From NCBI RefSeq assembly GCF_000281045.1, contig NW_008246096.1:225727-289726 (forward strand): DNA of 64,000 nucleotides, given 5' to 3'. Shown one piece after another: positions 38,001 through 49,720 of this stretch; position 1 is the stretch's first letter, and every line of letters starts with the position of its first letter. A program made the translations under genes and the position numbers. A model generated the notes under the pieces. The model was not told the origin of the DNA. It made no database searches and saw only the letters and a program-made list of their open reading frames with translations. This DNA is from Saprolegnia diclina VS20. Taxonomy: Eukaryota.

Positions 38001-38550
38001 CGACAAGCGCCTCGTGGTCGTCAACTCGGCCAAGCGCCGCATGAAGAACTGCGGGTGGGAGCCGTTTAGCTTTTGCATGGCCATGCAGGACGCCGAAGAC
38101 GCGGTCGAGATGAACGCGCAGCTGAAGGAGGCGCTCAAGATCCACGAGCCGCTCGACGTTGTTGTCGTCATGATGAGCTCGGACGTGCTCAACTTCCGCG
38201 TCGTGCGGTCGCTCGCGCACATTTGCACCAAGCTCAAGCGCATCAAGATCTTGCGCATCGTGGTCAACGTGGTCGGCGACGACGGCGAGGCGGGCTGGGC
38301 CTCGCGCTTTGCGTCCATGCCGACGCACGAAGAGCACGGCGACGCGATCGACGTGGTCGTTGTCGACCGGCACGAAGCCACCGACATGCTCATCGAGCTT
38401 GCGGCCTGCGGGAAGCTCATCAACCAAAAGGAAATCTTGTCGCCGCGCGCCGACACGCACGACGAGGACGAGGACGAGGACAGTGACGAGTGCAACGTCA
38501 AGATCAAGGTGAGCCTCTCCACCAAGATGCGCCAAATGCTCTGGGTCTAA
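35066..38550 (+). CDS. Cation/H+ antiporter (CPA2-like) with signal peptide, Ig-like extracellular repeats and C-terminal RCK-like domain
   Basis: Signal peptide MGRWLLLLALALPPATA; DxAGN repeats; GLPRITGYLATGIVAGPYVLGLI, ARSPSSALAVIEE, FFTLTGASL, TQAGVTLGLA and NQLLGPPLL; many TM segments. Confidence 0.85.
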
Positions 38551-38589
38551 GACGCTTGCAATATATATATATACATGATGCGACTAAGT

Positions 38590-38933
38590 TTACGCCTTCC
38601 AGACGAGCACCGAGACGCCCGAGACGACGCTAAAGTAGACGTACGTCTTGATTTCGTGCGTGACGTACGCGCCAAAGGAGAGGCCCACGACGCAGTTCCA
38701 GCCGCGTCCGTACTCCTTTTCCATGTTGCGCCGCACCATGTCGGCGACGGTCGAGAACGTCTTGCCCGACTACAGAGCCGTTTATGTCGTGGGCGGAGGC
38801 GAGGTGAGCCTACCGTGACTTGGAGCTGGAAGGCGTCTTTGGCCGTCGCAATGACCTTCTCGAGCATCACGTCCGTCATGTCTTCGGCAAACACGACCGT
38901 CTTGTTGAACTTGTCGTTGGACTTGCCGCTCAT
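38590..38933 (-). CDS. Dynein light chain type 1 (LC8 family)
   Basis: EDMTDVM; MEKEYGRGWNCVVGLSFGAYVTHE; YVYF; VLVWKA*; one intron. Confidence 0.9.
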
Positions 38934-39345
38934 GCTGACCGAATCGAGTTGTGTGTCCTTTCGCCAAGATCCAAGATACGACGCGATGATTGGCGTAGAT
39001 TTCAAAAATCGCACCAATCCTCGACTAGCAACGTGGCTTTTCCGCCAATGAATGCGCTGGTATCTTTTGTCCAGTGCTCGTCAGTCGGTCTTAGTTGCTA
39101 CCTTTGCGTCCGCCGAGTGCTCTAGTCGAAGCGTAGGCCCATATACTTGGAGGACGTGGTGCGCTCCCCACATTGCGCAGAAGAAGAGGTAGCAGTTGTG
39201 ATTTGCTGGTTGCGTTTCAATTGCACGCCTCTCCGAGTGCCACGTAGTTTGGTGTGGGCTAAGCGCAGCGAAGACTCGAGCTTTCGGAACATCGCTTGAC
39301 AATACTGCGTTGGTCTTATGGACGCACGGAGCGTGGCAATGGGTC

Positions 39346-41792
39346 CTACCACTGACATGCACGCAGACCGTCCCATAGTTCTTTCGTCGACATGAACGCT
39401 GTGGATGGCGGAAACGGAAGGTGGCACAGCGGCGTCTTGACGAACGGCAGCGCTGGAATGTACTCGCCGAGGAAGAAGCACCGCAGAAACTTGGCCACCG
39501 TGTAGTGCGACCCGAGCGCACCCACGTACGCGCTGCACCTACTCTCATTTGATATGCAACGAGCGTCCGACAACGTGACGTACCGCGTAAAGAGCGCGCC
39601 GAACGAGTAGGCGAGCGGGTGCAAGGTGAAGACGGCGGTGCTGATGGGCTTGGTGTCGCTGCCCTTGCGGCTCGCATCGGTCGCGTCAAAGTCGTCGCCG
39701 ACAAAGCAGTCTTTGGTGTGCACATTCGGAAACGAGATCGAGAGCGCGCGGGCGTGCGAGAGCGGCTGGAGGTAGACGTCCATGGGGAAGTGGAAGGCGT
39801 CTTCGAGCCAGAGACTGATCGAGTAGAGCGGGACGACGTGGCAGAAGACGATTGGGCACCACACGCACGTCTGGAGGCACAGCACGACAAAGCGCGCGAG
39901 GCAAAAGTAGAGGTAAAAGACCGAGTTGGTCGCGACGACGAAGAAGAGGATCGTAAAGAGAAGCGTGCCAATCAAAAGCTAGTATCAACATTGTATCAAG
40001 TCCGAGCGAGCGGCTCTCGTACCTGGTTGACGTCGTACTCGCACGAATCGACGCGGTTGCGCAGAACGTTCTTCTTTTTTCCGAGAAAGAGTTTCCATAG
40101 CGACGAGAGCAAGTCAAACTAGACAAAATTGTCCAAAATTGTCCAAAAATATCTGAAAAAATGGAAAAGGGTACCTGGACGCGGTGCAGCTTGGAAAAGT
40201 AGAGGTACAAGTAGTACGTCTGCAGCGTGAGGTACTCGATCGTGTCGTAGAGAAGGCCCAGCTGGACCGTCAAGCCAAACAAGCTTGCAAACGCAGCAAC
40301 CTACGCTTCGTCTAGAGTCCACGCAACGCGAACTAGCACACCTGAAGCAGCGTCGACATGAACGGTGTCACCGACTCGATCGCATATTGCGCGACGTCGA
40401 CCATGAGGTGGACGCCCTTGCCGAGGATCGAAGCCAGGGCCACGTTGATCTACGCAACTTGAGATTTCGATACAAAAAACGTAGTACCTTGAAACCCGCG
40501 GGCGAGTCGATGAGCCACGTGACTTGGGACTTGAGCACATTAAAGTGGCCGCTGCAGGACCTAAGGTGCAAACAGTTTCAATCTATCAACCTTGCAAACC
40601 ACGGGGCGTACGACTGGAAATACGATATCGCTAGCGGCACGAGATGCCCGTAGTAGTAGCCCGCAATAAAGTCGAGCACGAGCAGGAAGAGGTCGCTCAC
40701 AAACTCGGCGTATCGGTTGTCTATCAGCACGCAATAAGAATCGACTAAGGTGAGAAACATCCATTACCCAAAGGATGGAACGGGTGCACCGAGTGCTGCA
40801 TGTGGTTGAACTTGATGCACTGCTCGGTGATGTTGGCGAGGAGGATCACGCGGCGGCTCAAGAGCCGGAAAAAGAGCGAGAACGACTAGGATATTACACT
40901 GCAGGACGGCCGCAGCGTAGAACGATATGTACCTTGATGGAGCGACCTTTGACGACCGGAAACCGCTGCGGCACAGGCGTGTTGAGCACCCAAGCAATCG
41001 CATTGAGAAGCGGCCGACAGAGCACAAAGAAGAGGAGGAACGGCCAGAGCACGAGCGCTTTGAAGCGACCGACGTCTAATACACGAAACTTGTGAGAGAA
41101 TGGATCAGTTGTTGCTGTACAGGACGAGCGGGGCGCGAGGCCGAGGAAGCGCTCCTGCACCAAGTGCGCATCGTTGAGCTGCGCGATGGCATGCTGGAAC
41201 GGCGTGTCCATCGACTCGTCATCGCTCTGTCGTTGGCGCTTCTTGATGACAAAGTGGCGGAACCGGCACGGAAACGATGCGTCGTACAGAATGACGTGGC
41301 AGAGCTCGCACGCGACAACCTGTCCGTGCTCATGGACAACGTTGAGGACCGGTGTCTTGTTGCCGTCCCAGACAACGCTGAGCCACAGACTCTTGAGGTG
41401 CAGTGGCTTGGCGCCACTGGACTTGCCGCGCTGGCGCAACGAAGAAGTCGCGTCCGACGTGGTCGTCTCGTCGGCCATGGCGGCAGGGCGCACTTCGCCG
41501 AGCACCATGAGCGCGGGCTTGGGCGTCACTGCATACGCAGCCTCGGTCTTACTGCGGCGCTGGAGGTCGGCTGACCACTTGTCGACCTCGCCTAGAAGTG
41601 AGCGGTGAGCGCGACGCCGCCCAAAGATTCGCACGTACTTTGCAGCACGGGCAGCGCATAGCGGGACACGGGCACGATGGCCGCAACGCAGACGAGGTTA
41701 CTCTGAAGATGCCAGCCCAAGAGGTACGCTGGGCTCTCGTAGTCGACGACCGCATTGCGCTCCGGCCACAGGACGTCGAGGCGGCGGGGCAT
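39346..41792 (-). CDS. PIGQ: GPI-GlcNAc transferase subunit PIG-Q/Gpi1
   Basis: [25 protein letters not shown] segment; [18 protein letters not shown]; multi-exon. Confidence 0.85.
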
Positions 41793-42538
41793 CCGTCGCT
41801 GCTTCCTTCGAATCGGGTTTCTGGTGGGATTGCCACGCGCGTCGATTGGCCAAATTCCTGTCGATTTGTTCAGGATTTCAGCCAATCATTTTGCGTCAAC
41901 GTGGCGCGCCCAAAACACCCAACTCCTTGCGAACGTCGCCGGCGCCGCGGGTGAGAGGAGCGACACCGTCGCGACAAAACTGGACGCAGTTCACATCCGC
42001 CCATCGTGCACGTGGCACAAAATGGTCAATGCTGAGTGACACAACTTTGCGTGAGAGCATACACCTACGGTATGGTCACTTCTTGTGGACCTCACGGTCT
42101 GTGGACTGGTAGCTGGACCGGTGCGTGCACTGAGACAGACGCGACGACGGTTGCAACAGTCCAAGTGCCCTTCTCTGGTAGACTCTCATCGCACTCGACT
42201 GAGCGAATTATTGCATTACTAGTGTTGTCCAATGTGCATGTGGCGGGCCAAGCACGCTCGCAGAGACACAACCGCGCCCAAATTGCACTTGAAGCGCAGG
42301 TTGAAGATTGGGTGTTTTTATCCTCGTCCCTGATGATGGCCCCCTGCGTGGGCACACCATACAACCCACATTTGGCCAATCCACGACGCGTATTGCGCGA
42401 TTCGCGTTCCTGATTGGCCAATAAGATGTTGACGGCTTCACTTTTGATCGTCTGCCGTTGTTATCGGCCATTGATTTTACGCGGTCGTTGAGGTCACGAC
42501 CCCCATATCGAAGGCTTCCGTCGTCCCGCCCGTCCAGC

Positions 42539-44102
42539 ATGCAACGCTTCCTGCGCACCGGTACTAGGCGCATGGGCATGGCATCACCGCGCTCATGGCT
42601 GCATGTAGGGACCTCGCTCCGTCGCTTCAGCTCGCTCCAGGCCAGCGCCATGAAGCGCGTTGTCGGCTCGCTCCAGAGCAACGTCGACATTGAGAGCAAC
42701 ACGAGCTTGTGGCTGGGTGCGGCGGCCGTGGTACGTGCATGGCCATGCAATTCATTCGCCCACGCTTCTTAGGACGAGCCGACCATGTCGATTTTGGACC
42801 CATCGCCGGGCTTTACGGCCGCGACCGCGCACCGGTCGTTCAACTTGACGCAGGATTTCGACCGGTACGGAGTGCAGCATGGTCGCACTTGCCTCATGCA
42901 ACATAGGCTTCAGAACGGCGACGCCGTGACCGACTGCGTGTACATCAACACGCCCGTGGATGCCGACCCGTTTGAGCTCATCAAGGACAACATCGTGTCG
43001 GTCTCGGAAAGCATCAAGACGATCCTTGGCTCGGACCACCCGGTGCTCGAAGCCGTGGCCAAGTACTACATGCGCATACCCATGCTTGCGTCCTCATTCG
43101 ATGTGCGTAGGTACTTTTTTGAGAACGACGGTGGCAAAAAGATCCGCCCGACCATGATCCTGCTCTTGGCGCAAGCCGCCGAAGCCGCGCGGGACCCGCT
43201 GTCGACCGACAAGTCGCTCGAGTACATTGCTGCATCGCAGCAGCGCCTTGCTGAAGTCACGTACGCCCGACCGACATGGCCTCTCATATCTCATATTTAC
43301 CCACCTAGGGAGATGATCCACACGGCGAGCTTGCTCCATGACGACGTGATCGATGAAGCCGACACGCGCCGCGGCATGAAGTCGGTCAACAAGGTGTTTG
43401 GCTCAAAACTCTCGATCCTCGCGGGCGACTTTCTGCTTGCGCGCTCGTCGATCTGCCTCGCGCGGCTCCGGAGCTTGGAGGCTGTTGAGCTCATGTCGAC
43501 CGCCATCGAGCACCTCGTCAAGGGCGAAGTCATGCAGATGCGGCACGCCGACAAGAACGGCTCGATCTCGCCGTTCGAGTACTACCTCCGGAAGAACTAC
43601 TACAAGACCGGGTCGCTCATGGCCAACAGCTGCCGCGCGGCGCTCATTCTCGGCGAGCACTCGGCCGACGTGTGCGAACTCGGCTTTGCGTACGGTCGCC
43701 ACCTCGGCCTTGCCTTCCAGGTAGGTTCATTGTGCAGGCTTCGAGTCTCATGACTGACGACGGGTGCCGTAGCTCATTGACGACGTCTTGGACTACAAGG
43801 GCGAGAACACGGGCAAGCCGATGCTCGCCGATCTCAAGGCGGGCCTGGCGACCGCGCCCGTCCTCTTCGCGCAGGAGGAGTTTCCGGTGCTCAAGGAGCT
43901 CGTCGCGCGCAAGTTTAGCAAGGCCGGGGACATTGAACTCGCGGCGGACCTCGTCGAGAAGAGCGTCGGGCTGCAGAAGAGCAAGGACCTCGCCATCATC
44001 CAGGCCGAGCTCGCAATCCTCGCCATCATGCAGTACCCGCCGTCGCCGGCGCGGGACGCCCTCGTCAAGCTCGCGCAGCTCGTCGTGACGCGGTCCAAGT
44101 AA
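42539..44102 (+). CDS. PDSS1: Long-chain trans-prenyl diphosphate synthase (PDSS1/COQ1)
   Basis: GGKKIRP; EMIHTASLLHDDVID (FARM); YYKTGSL; LGLAFQ|LIDDVLD (SARM); DLKAGLATAPVL; presequence. Confidence 0.93.
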
Positions 44103-44307
44103 TAACGAATCCATTAGATAATTGCTAGTCGTGCTTGTATTTCAAAGAGCAACAGAGGCCACTTATATATGCCCGTGGCGTCTCCTCGATCGATCGAATG
44201 TCCTTGGACGAGCAGCGCCACGTCGGTTCCGGCCTCCAACCACCTCGCTCGCTCGCCCCGTGTGCCGATGGCGGGTCGAGAGTACAAATTTCGGGTCGTC
44301 GATGTTA

Positions 44308-44772
44308 CTACTCGTGTTCGTCCATACTGCTGGCATCGTCGAGAAACTCGCTTAAATAATCGCTCAGCGCGTCGTCCGGAATGAGGATGCTGCTCTCGTA
44401 AAATGGCAGTGGCGAGAGCGCGCCGTCGTCGCCGGCCGCCACAATGTCTTCGTAGCGCTTGCCGTCGTGGGCAGCGCAGAGCGCGAGACGTCGATTGTAC
44501 TCGTGGACTTCCACGGCCTTGGCGAGCGGCCACTCGTCCTTGCCACAAAGGCAGTGCGTGCCGTCCGACGCCTTGTAGCGGTGGGGGCCGTCGCTGCTGC
44601 CGAACGCGCACTCGCAGCACGCAAACATGCGCGTCGCGCGGAAGCTGCCCGCGAGCGTCGACTTGAAGCGCGGGAACCAGTGCTTGCGGTCGCGCGTCTT
44701 TTCCGGGCCGTCGCCCGCGCTGTTGGACCGGTACGCTGGGCCGAGCTGCGCCGTGTGGTGGTGGGCGCCCAT
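44308..44772 (-). CDS. Hypothetical 154-aa Cys/His-containing protein, intronless
   Basis: ATG-initiated ORF with GC3-rich codon usage like neighbouring genes; upstream CCAAT-like elements at ~44813 and ~44874. Confidence 0.55.
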   Translation of the reverse strand: MGAHHHTAQLGPAYRSNSAGDGPEKTRDRKHWFPRFKSTLAGSFRATRMFACCECAFGSSDGPHRYKASDGTHCLCGKDEWPLAKAVEVHEYNRRLALCAAHDGKRYEDIVAAGDDGALSPLPFYESSILIPDDALSDYLSEFLDDASSMDEHE

Positions 44773-45759
44773 GTCTTACTTTCGTCAAGTGGCAGGTACA
44801 ACCGGTAGCAGACCAATTAGCCGTGGGACGTGCGAGTGACAGAGAGACCTGGTTCGACCTGATCATCAGCAATCCAATCGACTTGCAAACACAACAGCCA
44901 CGCGGCCAGCAGTCGCCACCGCAGAGTATCCACTGCCCTTTCGTGCTTGGCAGACGCGGAATACTATCTTGTCACGTGTCATTGTCGTACGTCCTGCGGA
45001 TGAAATTTTGTTGGCGGCCGTGATGGACGATCGCGACGCGCTCGATCGTCGTCGCCGATGGCAGAGTCTTTTTCTCTATCAAGCATTCGTGTCGTAGCGT
45101 CGAGGAGAGAGAGACAAAGAGGAAGCGAATCGTCAACTGTGGAGGGTCGAGCCATGGTGTCGACTCATAGCCAAGGCGACAGTGGTATATTTTGGTGCTA
45201 CAGTTTATGGAGGCATATAATAACGATGCTCCATGCTAACGCACTCGCAATGGCCAGCCACGTATACGACGACGACGATGTGGGGAGCGGAGCGAGAGCA
45301 CGTCGTCAAGCGTGTCGTCAGGAAACAAGCAGGCGGGTGGAAACGCCACCATATGTGCTCCGACAGTGGACGTCATGTTGGTCTTGTGAGCGGCAACATG
45401 CAGAAGAGCCTTGACGTCATGCTTAACCGGTCCATAACAAGAGTCCTTCCAATGCGCCACGTTGGTCTTAAGATGGACTGAGTGGCACAGTGAGCAGCAA
45501 GGACGGCATATGAGGCTGAGACGACTCGGTTGTGGGCGCACCTGGATACCCGTCTACGGCCCAGATACGAGCTGCCCAGATCCCAAACGACCATTACAAG
45601 GATTACAAGGAGGCGTCGAGTCGACATGATATCACTATCGTGCATAGCGAGACTCTATTTCGTGCAGCTTATTCTTGCTCTCTAGCATTGGCTCATCCAC
45701 TGCTAACACCGTACCCTAAGCTGAATGGCTCCACGAGTGTCTGTTGGTGCGATCACGAT

Positions 45760-48700
45760 CTACGCGCTTTCGCCCTTTGCCGTGCAGATATCGCTGAACG
45801 AGCAGAACGCGCAACCGAGGAATGACGGTGTCGCGTCAAACGCGCGCGCTCGAATCGCCTGCGCGGTCGCTTGGATCGCACGCAGCGCGGCGCCATCAGT
45901 CTCGGCCGAATGCGCGAGAACCCCCGGCGCGTTGAGGCCGTGGTTGGTCTCGAGCGACCGAAGGAGTGCGCCCTTCGGTGGTCTTCCGTGCAGGCGGTGG
46001 TACGCGAGCATATACAGCTGAAGCTGGAGGCTCTCGTTCGCCAGCTTTTGGTTGTCTCGGCGCGTATCGGCCAAGTTGGACTTGAACTCGACAATGTACA
46101 CATCGCCTGTGGGCTCTCGCTCGACGCGGTCCCAGACTCCTACACCGCCGCGATGCAGTGGCCATGGCAATGCGTGTCGTACCCCGAAACAGGACGTCGG
46201 CTTCCGGCACGTGAAACTCAAACGCTTGCTCGATGCTCTCGATGGGACGTGTGCGGTCGGCTTCATATGCAATGAACGAGCGCAGAGCGGCGGCGCCTTG
46301 GGCTTGGAGAATGCGCTCTTCGACCAGCGACCGGCAGCTGCCAGGTGTCCACGCCTTTGTAAACGCTGCCAGAGCGTCCTACGCGGCGTGTCAGCCGGCT
46401 ACAAGGAACGAAAGAGCTCCGACCTCGGCAGCCGACGCATGCGGCGCGATGGACGCGTAGGTTGCAATGGCCTCGTGGAGGCTGCGGCCGTACACCATAC
46501 TCGAGTTGGCTTTGGGTTCGAGCCCGAGCACGCGCGCGAGGTAATAGCGGTGCGGACAGCGCATGTACTCGTCGATTTGCGAGAACGACAAGTGGTGCAG
46601 CGGCAATGACGCGGCGTCGTCGACGAGGACGGGTGGCAACGACGTCGGGCTCACGTGACTCGGCGCAGCATCGGTCGTCGCCACCTCGTACGATGCCCAC
46701 GGCGCAAGCAGTCTACCGTCCGTGGGTCGCTGTTGCATGAGCCACCAAGTGAATTGGTACCTCGAGATGGACGTATCGGCAGCATGCGAGATGAGCACCG
46801 AGGACGTCGCGCGAAGCAAAAGTGACGCCAAGCGCTGCCGGCACGTAGCTACGTACGCATCGCGGCTTGATACTGTGGAGCCCGCTTGCGCTTCAAGCAG
46901 CTGTGCGGGCAGAATGCCTGCGCCAATGCCTCTGGGCTTCCGGCCAGGAAAGGCCTTGTCATGCCACTGCAGAAGCACAAGCGTGTCGACCTACGCGCTC
47001 CCACACGAGTGCTAAAAGTTGGGGACACAAAGGACGGGGTACCTGCACGTGCGGCGGGAGCCGCCACGCGGAGCGCTGGGAGGCCACCAGCACTCGGTGG
47101 TCGTTTAAGGCATCGTCCAGGACCATGGTGAGGCTGCTTGGGGCCTGCAAGCGACCAGTCTCGCGAAGCTGCGTCAAATACGGCACGACAAATGGGACGT
47201 ACGGCGACTCGTTGAGTCGCTGGACGTCAAGGACGATGTCGAGGAAGGCCGCGAGTGCTTCGGACCGTGCGACGTCGTCGTCGTTGGTCGGGTGGAGGAG
47301 CGGCTCCAACGCGCCTACGACCGCTCTGTGCCATCGCTCAAGTTGCCCCCGTCTGGCGTACCCGACTCGGTCAAGTAGAGATGCAACAGTTCGGCGCACG
47401 AGAGCTTCATGGCCGCGTCTCTCAACGTCTGGAAGCGCTTTAGAAAGGCAGCGATCGGCGGGTGGTCCACTGCGTGCAGTCGTAGTGTCTCGTAGAGGTC
47501 AATGTGGCTAGGCATGCGACATGACTTGTCGTTGTTGGAGGCCAAGGGGTAGGGTACCGCGACGTGGACGACTCCATGAGGCGGGCGAGCAAGAGGGGGT
47601 CAATCTCGGGCGATGTGTGGAGAAGGTTGAAGAGGTGCTTCGAGTCGGACGGCGACGCCAGCGCCTGGAGGAGTGAGTACGCTATGCGGACGACATCGGT
47701 TGCAAATAAGTCTCTTGGCTCGAGCGAGAGGTGCGGCACGTGCAGTGCGTGCAGCTCCGACACGAGGTCGTCGACGCGCGTCGCCTCGCCAAGGACCACA
47801 AGCAGGCGCTAACTCGCTGTTGTGTTCGTTTGGGCCAATAGCATGATGGTACCTCGCCACGCGCTTGGTGGTCGCGAATCGTACCGGCCATGCGCGTCAC
47901 TTCGGTCTCGCCGGCGACCGTGACGAGCTGCACCGACGATGGCAAATCCACGTTGGATGCCTTGGTGAGGATGTCGTATGCCATGCTGTGCATGCCGGTC
48001 GGCTCGACCGCTGGCGCCGACCAGGCCACCTCGGTCACGTCGCTGACGTCCTTGCCTCCGTGTTGCAGCAACCTACGTTAGCGTCAGCGTTCTTCGATCG
48101 CCGGAGACAGAGCGCCGAGCTTCGTACGCGCGCAGCTGGTCGAGGGGTCCCGGCACCGACGGGTCTGAAAAGAGGACCCACGGTTTCTCTGTTGACGCGA
48201 GCATCAGGCGCGCGAGCAGCTACACAATGGCATCAACGACACTAGTGACAACGCCGCATGACGCACCACAATAGCCCCGGGGCTCCAGTGGTGGAGGTCG
48301 TCGACGAGAAACTGCGCCGTCGCGGCCAGCGACGCAAGTAAGTAGTACGGGTGCGCCTCGGTCAGCGCGAGCGCGTCGAGGACAACGCCGTCGTGTGTGT
48401 TGCAATGAGCCGCATGCAGCAGCTCTCGGTACGCAGAATAGGCGTCGCACAAATCGGTCTGGTTCGCAAGCACTTCCAGAAACGAGCTGGGAGAGAGGCG
48501 CGCGGTTGCCGGGTCCGTCAACGCTGTTTGAATGTACGTGGTGTAGGCGCTTGGCGACACACCGTGGCGCTCGAGCTCGCCAAAGCAACGCAGCGTGTCG
48601 CTCACCGCCGTGCGCAGCATCGGCGCCGACTTGTGGGTGCGAAAGACCTTGCGCGGAATGCGGTCGACGCGGTCGTGGACAAAGACCTTGGCCTCCGTGC

Positions 48701-49109
48701 GGCTCAGCACTCTCTACGAAAATGGCTGTGAGAGAGGCGGTCGCGTCGATATTGGGACGCCAACCTCGGTGGCCATGTGGTCATAGTCGCTGCGGAAGCG
48801 CTCGCTCCACGCGCCGATCGAGAGCAATCGCACGTCGTCTTGCATATCGAGAAACCCAATCGGCGTACATGCTTCGACGCTACGGCGCAACGACGAGTCA
48901 AAGCCGTGGGGCACCAACGCGAGCGTCGGCGTCGATGTTCGGCCCAGCAGCGCGGCCGCGGCGGTGGTCTTGCCCGTGCCAACAAGGCCCTGGACGATGG
49001 TCACGCGGCCTGGCGCCATAGAGGCCAGTAGTGCTTCGTGGCTCGTCGAGAGATGGGACGCTTGCCGCACGAGCCGCGCGACGCGGCGGCGCAGACGTTG
49101 GCGCAGCAT
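45760..49109 (-). CDS. UvrD/AddAB/AdnAB-like degenerate helicase fused to RecB-family PD-(D/E)XK nuclease with four Fe-S-type Cys; presequence
   Basis: Walker A GLVGTGKT; Walker B-like FLVDDLHH; LSFSQIDEYMRCPHRYYL; GRSLHEAI; FRG|VWDRVE; IVEFKS; QLQLY; CAFCSFSDIC. Confidence 0.85.
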
Positions 49110-49720
49110 TTTGCAAGCTAAAATTTCGCCCTATTTGATTGGTCCAAAAAGTGCAATCGAAATCTTGATGCGGTGGGAAAGGCCAAGTCGCGAGCGCTCC
49201 CGCGTGAACCAAGAAACGCAGGTAAGCGATCGATGCGCTCGTAGGTATCTCAGAGGCAAATAAGCTCGTGCCTGGATGCTGAAAAGGACGCCAAGGACTT
49301 GTTGTACATGCGTATGACTCGAGTCTCGTTGGTTCAACCTGCACGAAGTGGCGCTCGACCGGCTGCAAACACGGACCTCGCACCCATAGCTTGGGTTGGT
49401 GGACGTTGCATTGCTGGAAGCTGTGGCCATCGACACGAGGTCGCTGCTCTCATGCAGAAGCTGGCGACGTACTTACAATATACCGACGCGCCAGTTACCG
49501 ACTCCAGTAGCTTGACAAGTGCAAAACACGCAAGGTGGTTGGCAGCACCGCGATGCAGAATGAAAGACCTATGCCCCGGTTCACGCCGCGTGATCGTGGA
49601 AGCGCAGTACAGGAGGGGTCCAAAGCCGCCCACTTGCAATGAACGCAAGTCTGTGGACGTAGGACGAACTGCGCAAACCAAGTGCTTGAGACTTGCCATA
49701 GATTGCAAGTGTATTGATGG

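Noticed and set aside
45000..45750. Intergenic stretch with short ORFs (also 8160-8950, 19970-20900, 42000-42400, 58440-58800)
   Set aside because: No transposase, RNA-gene or repeat signature is recognisable by eye.
45760..46600. Cas4-like nuclease suggesting a CRISPR system
   Set aside because: It is the C-terminal domain of a spliced eukaryotic gene; there are no arrays or other cas genes in the window.
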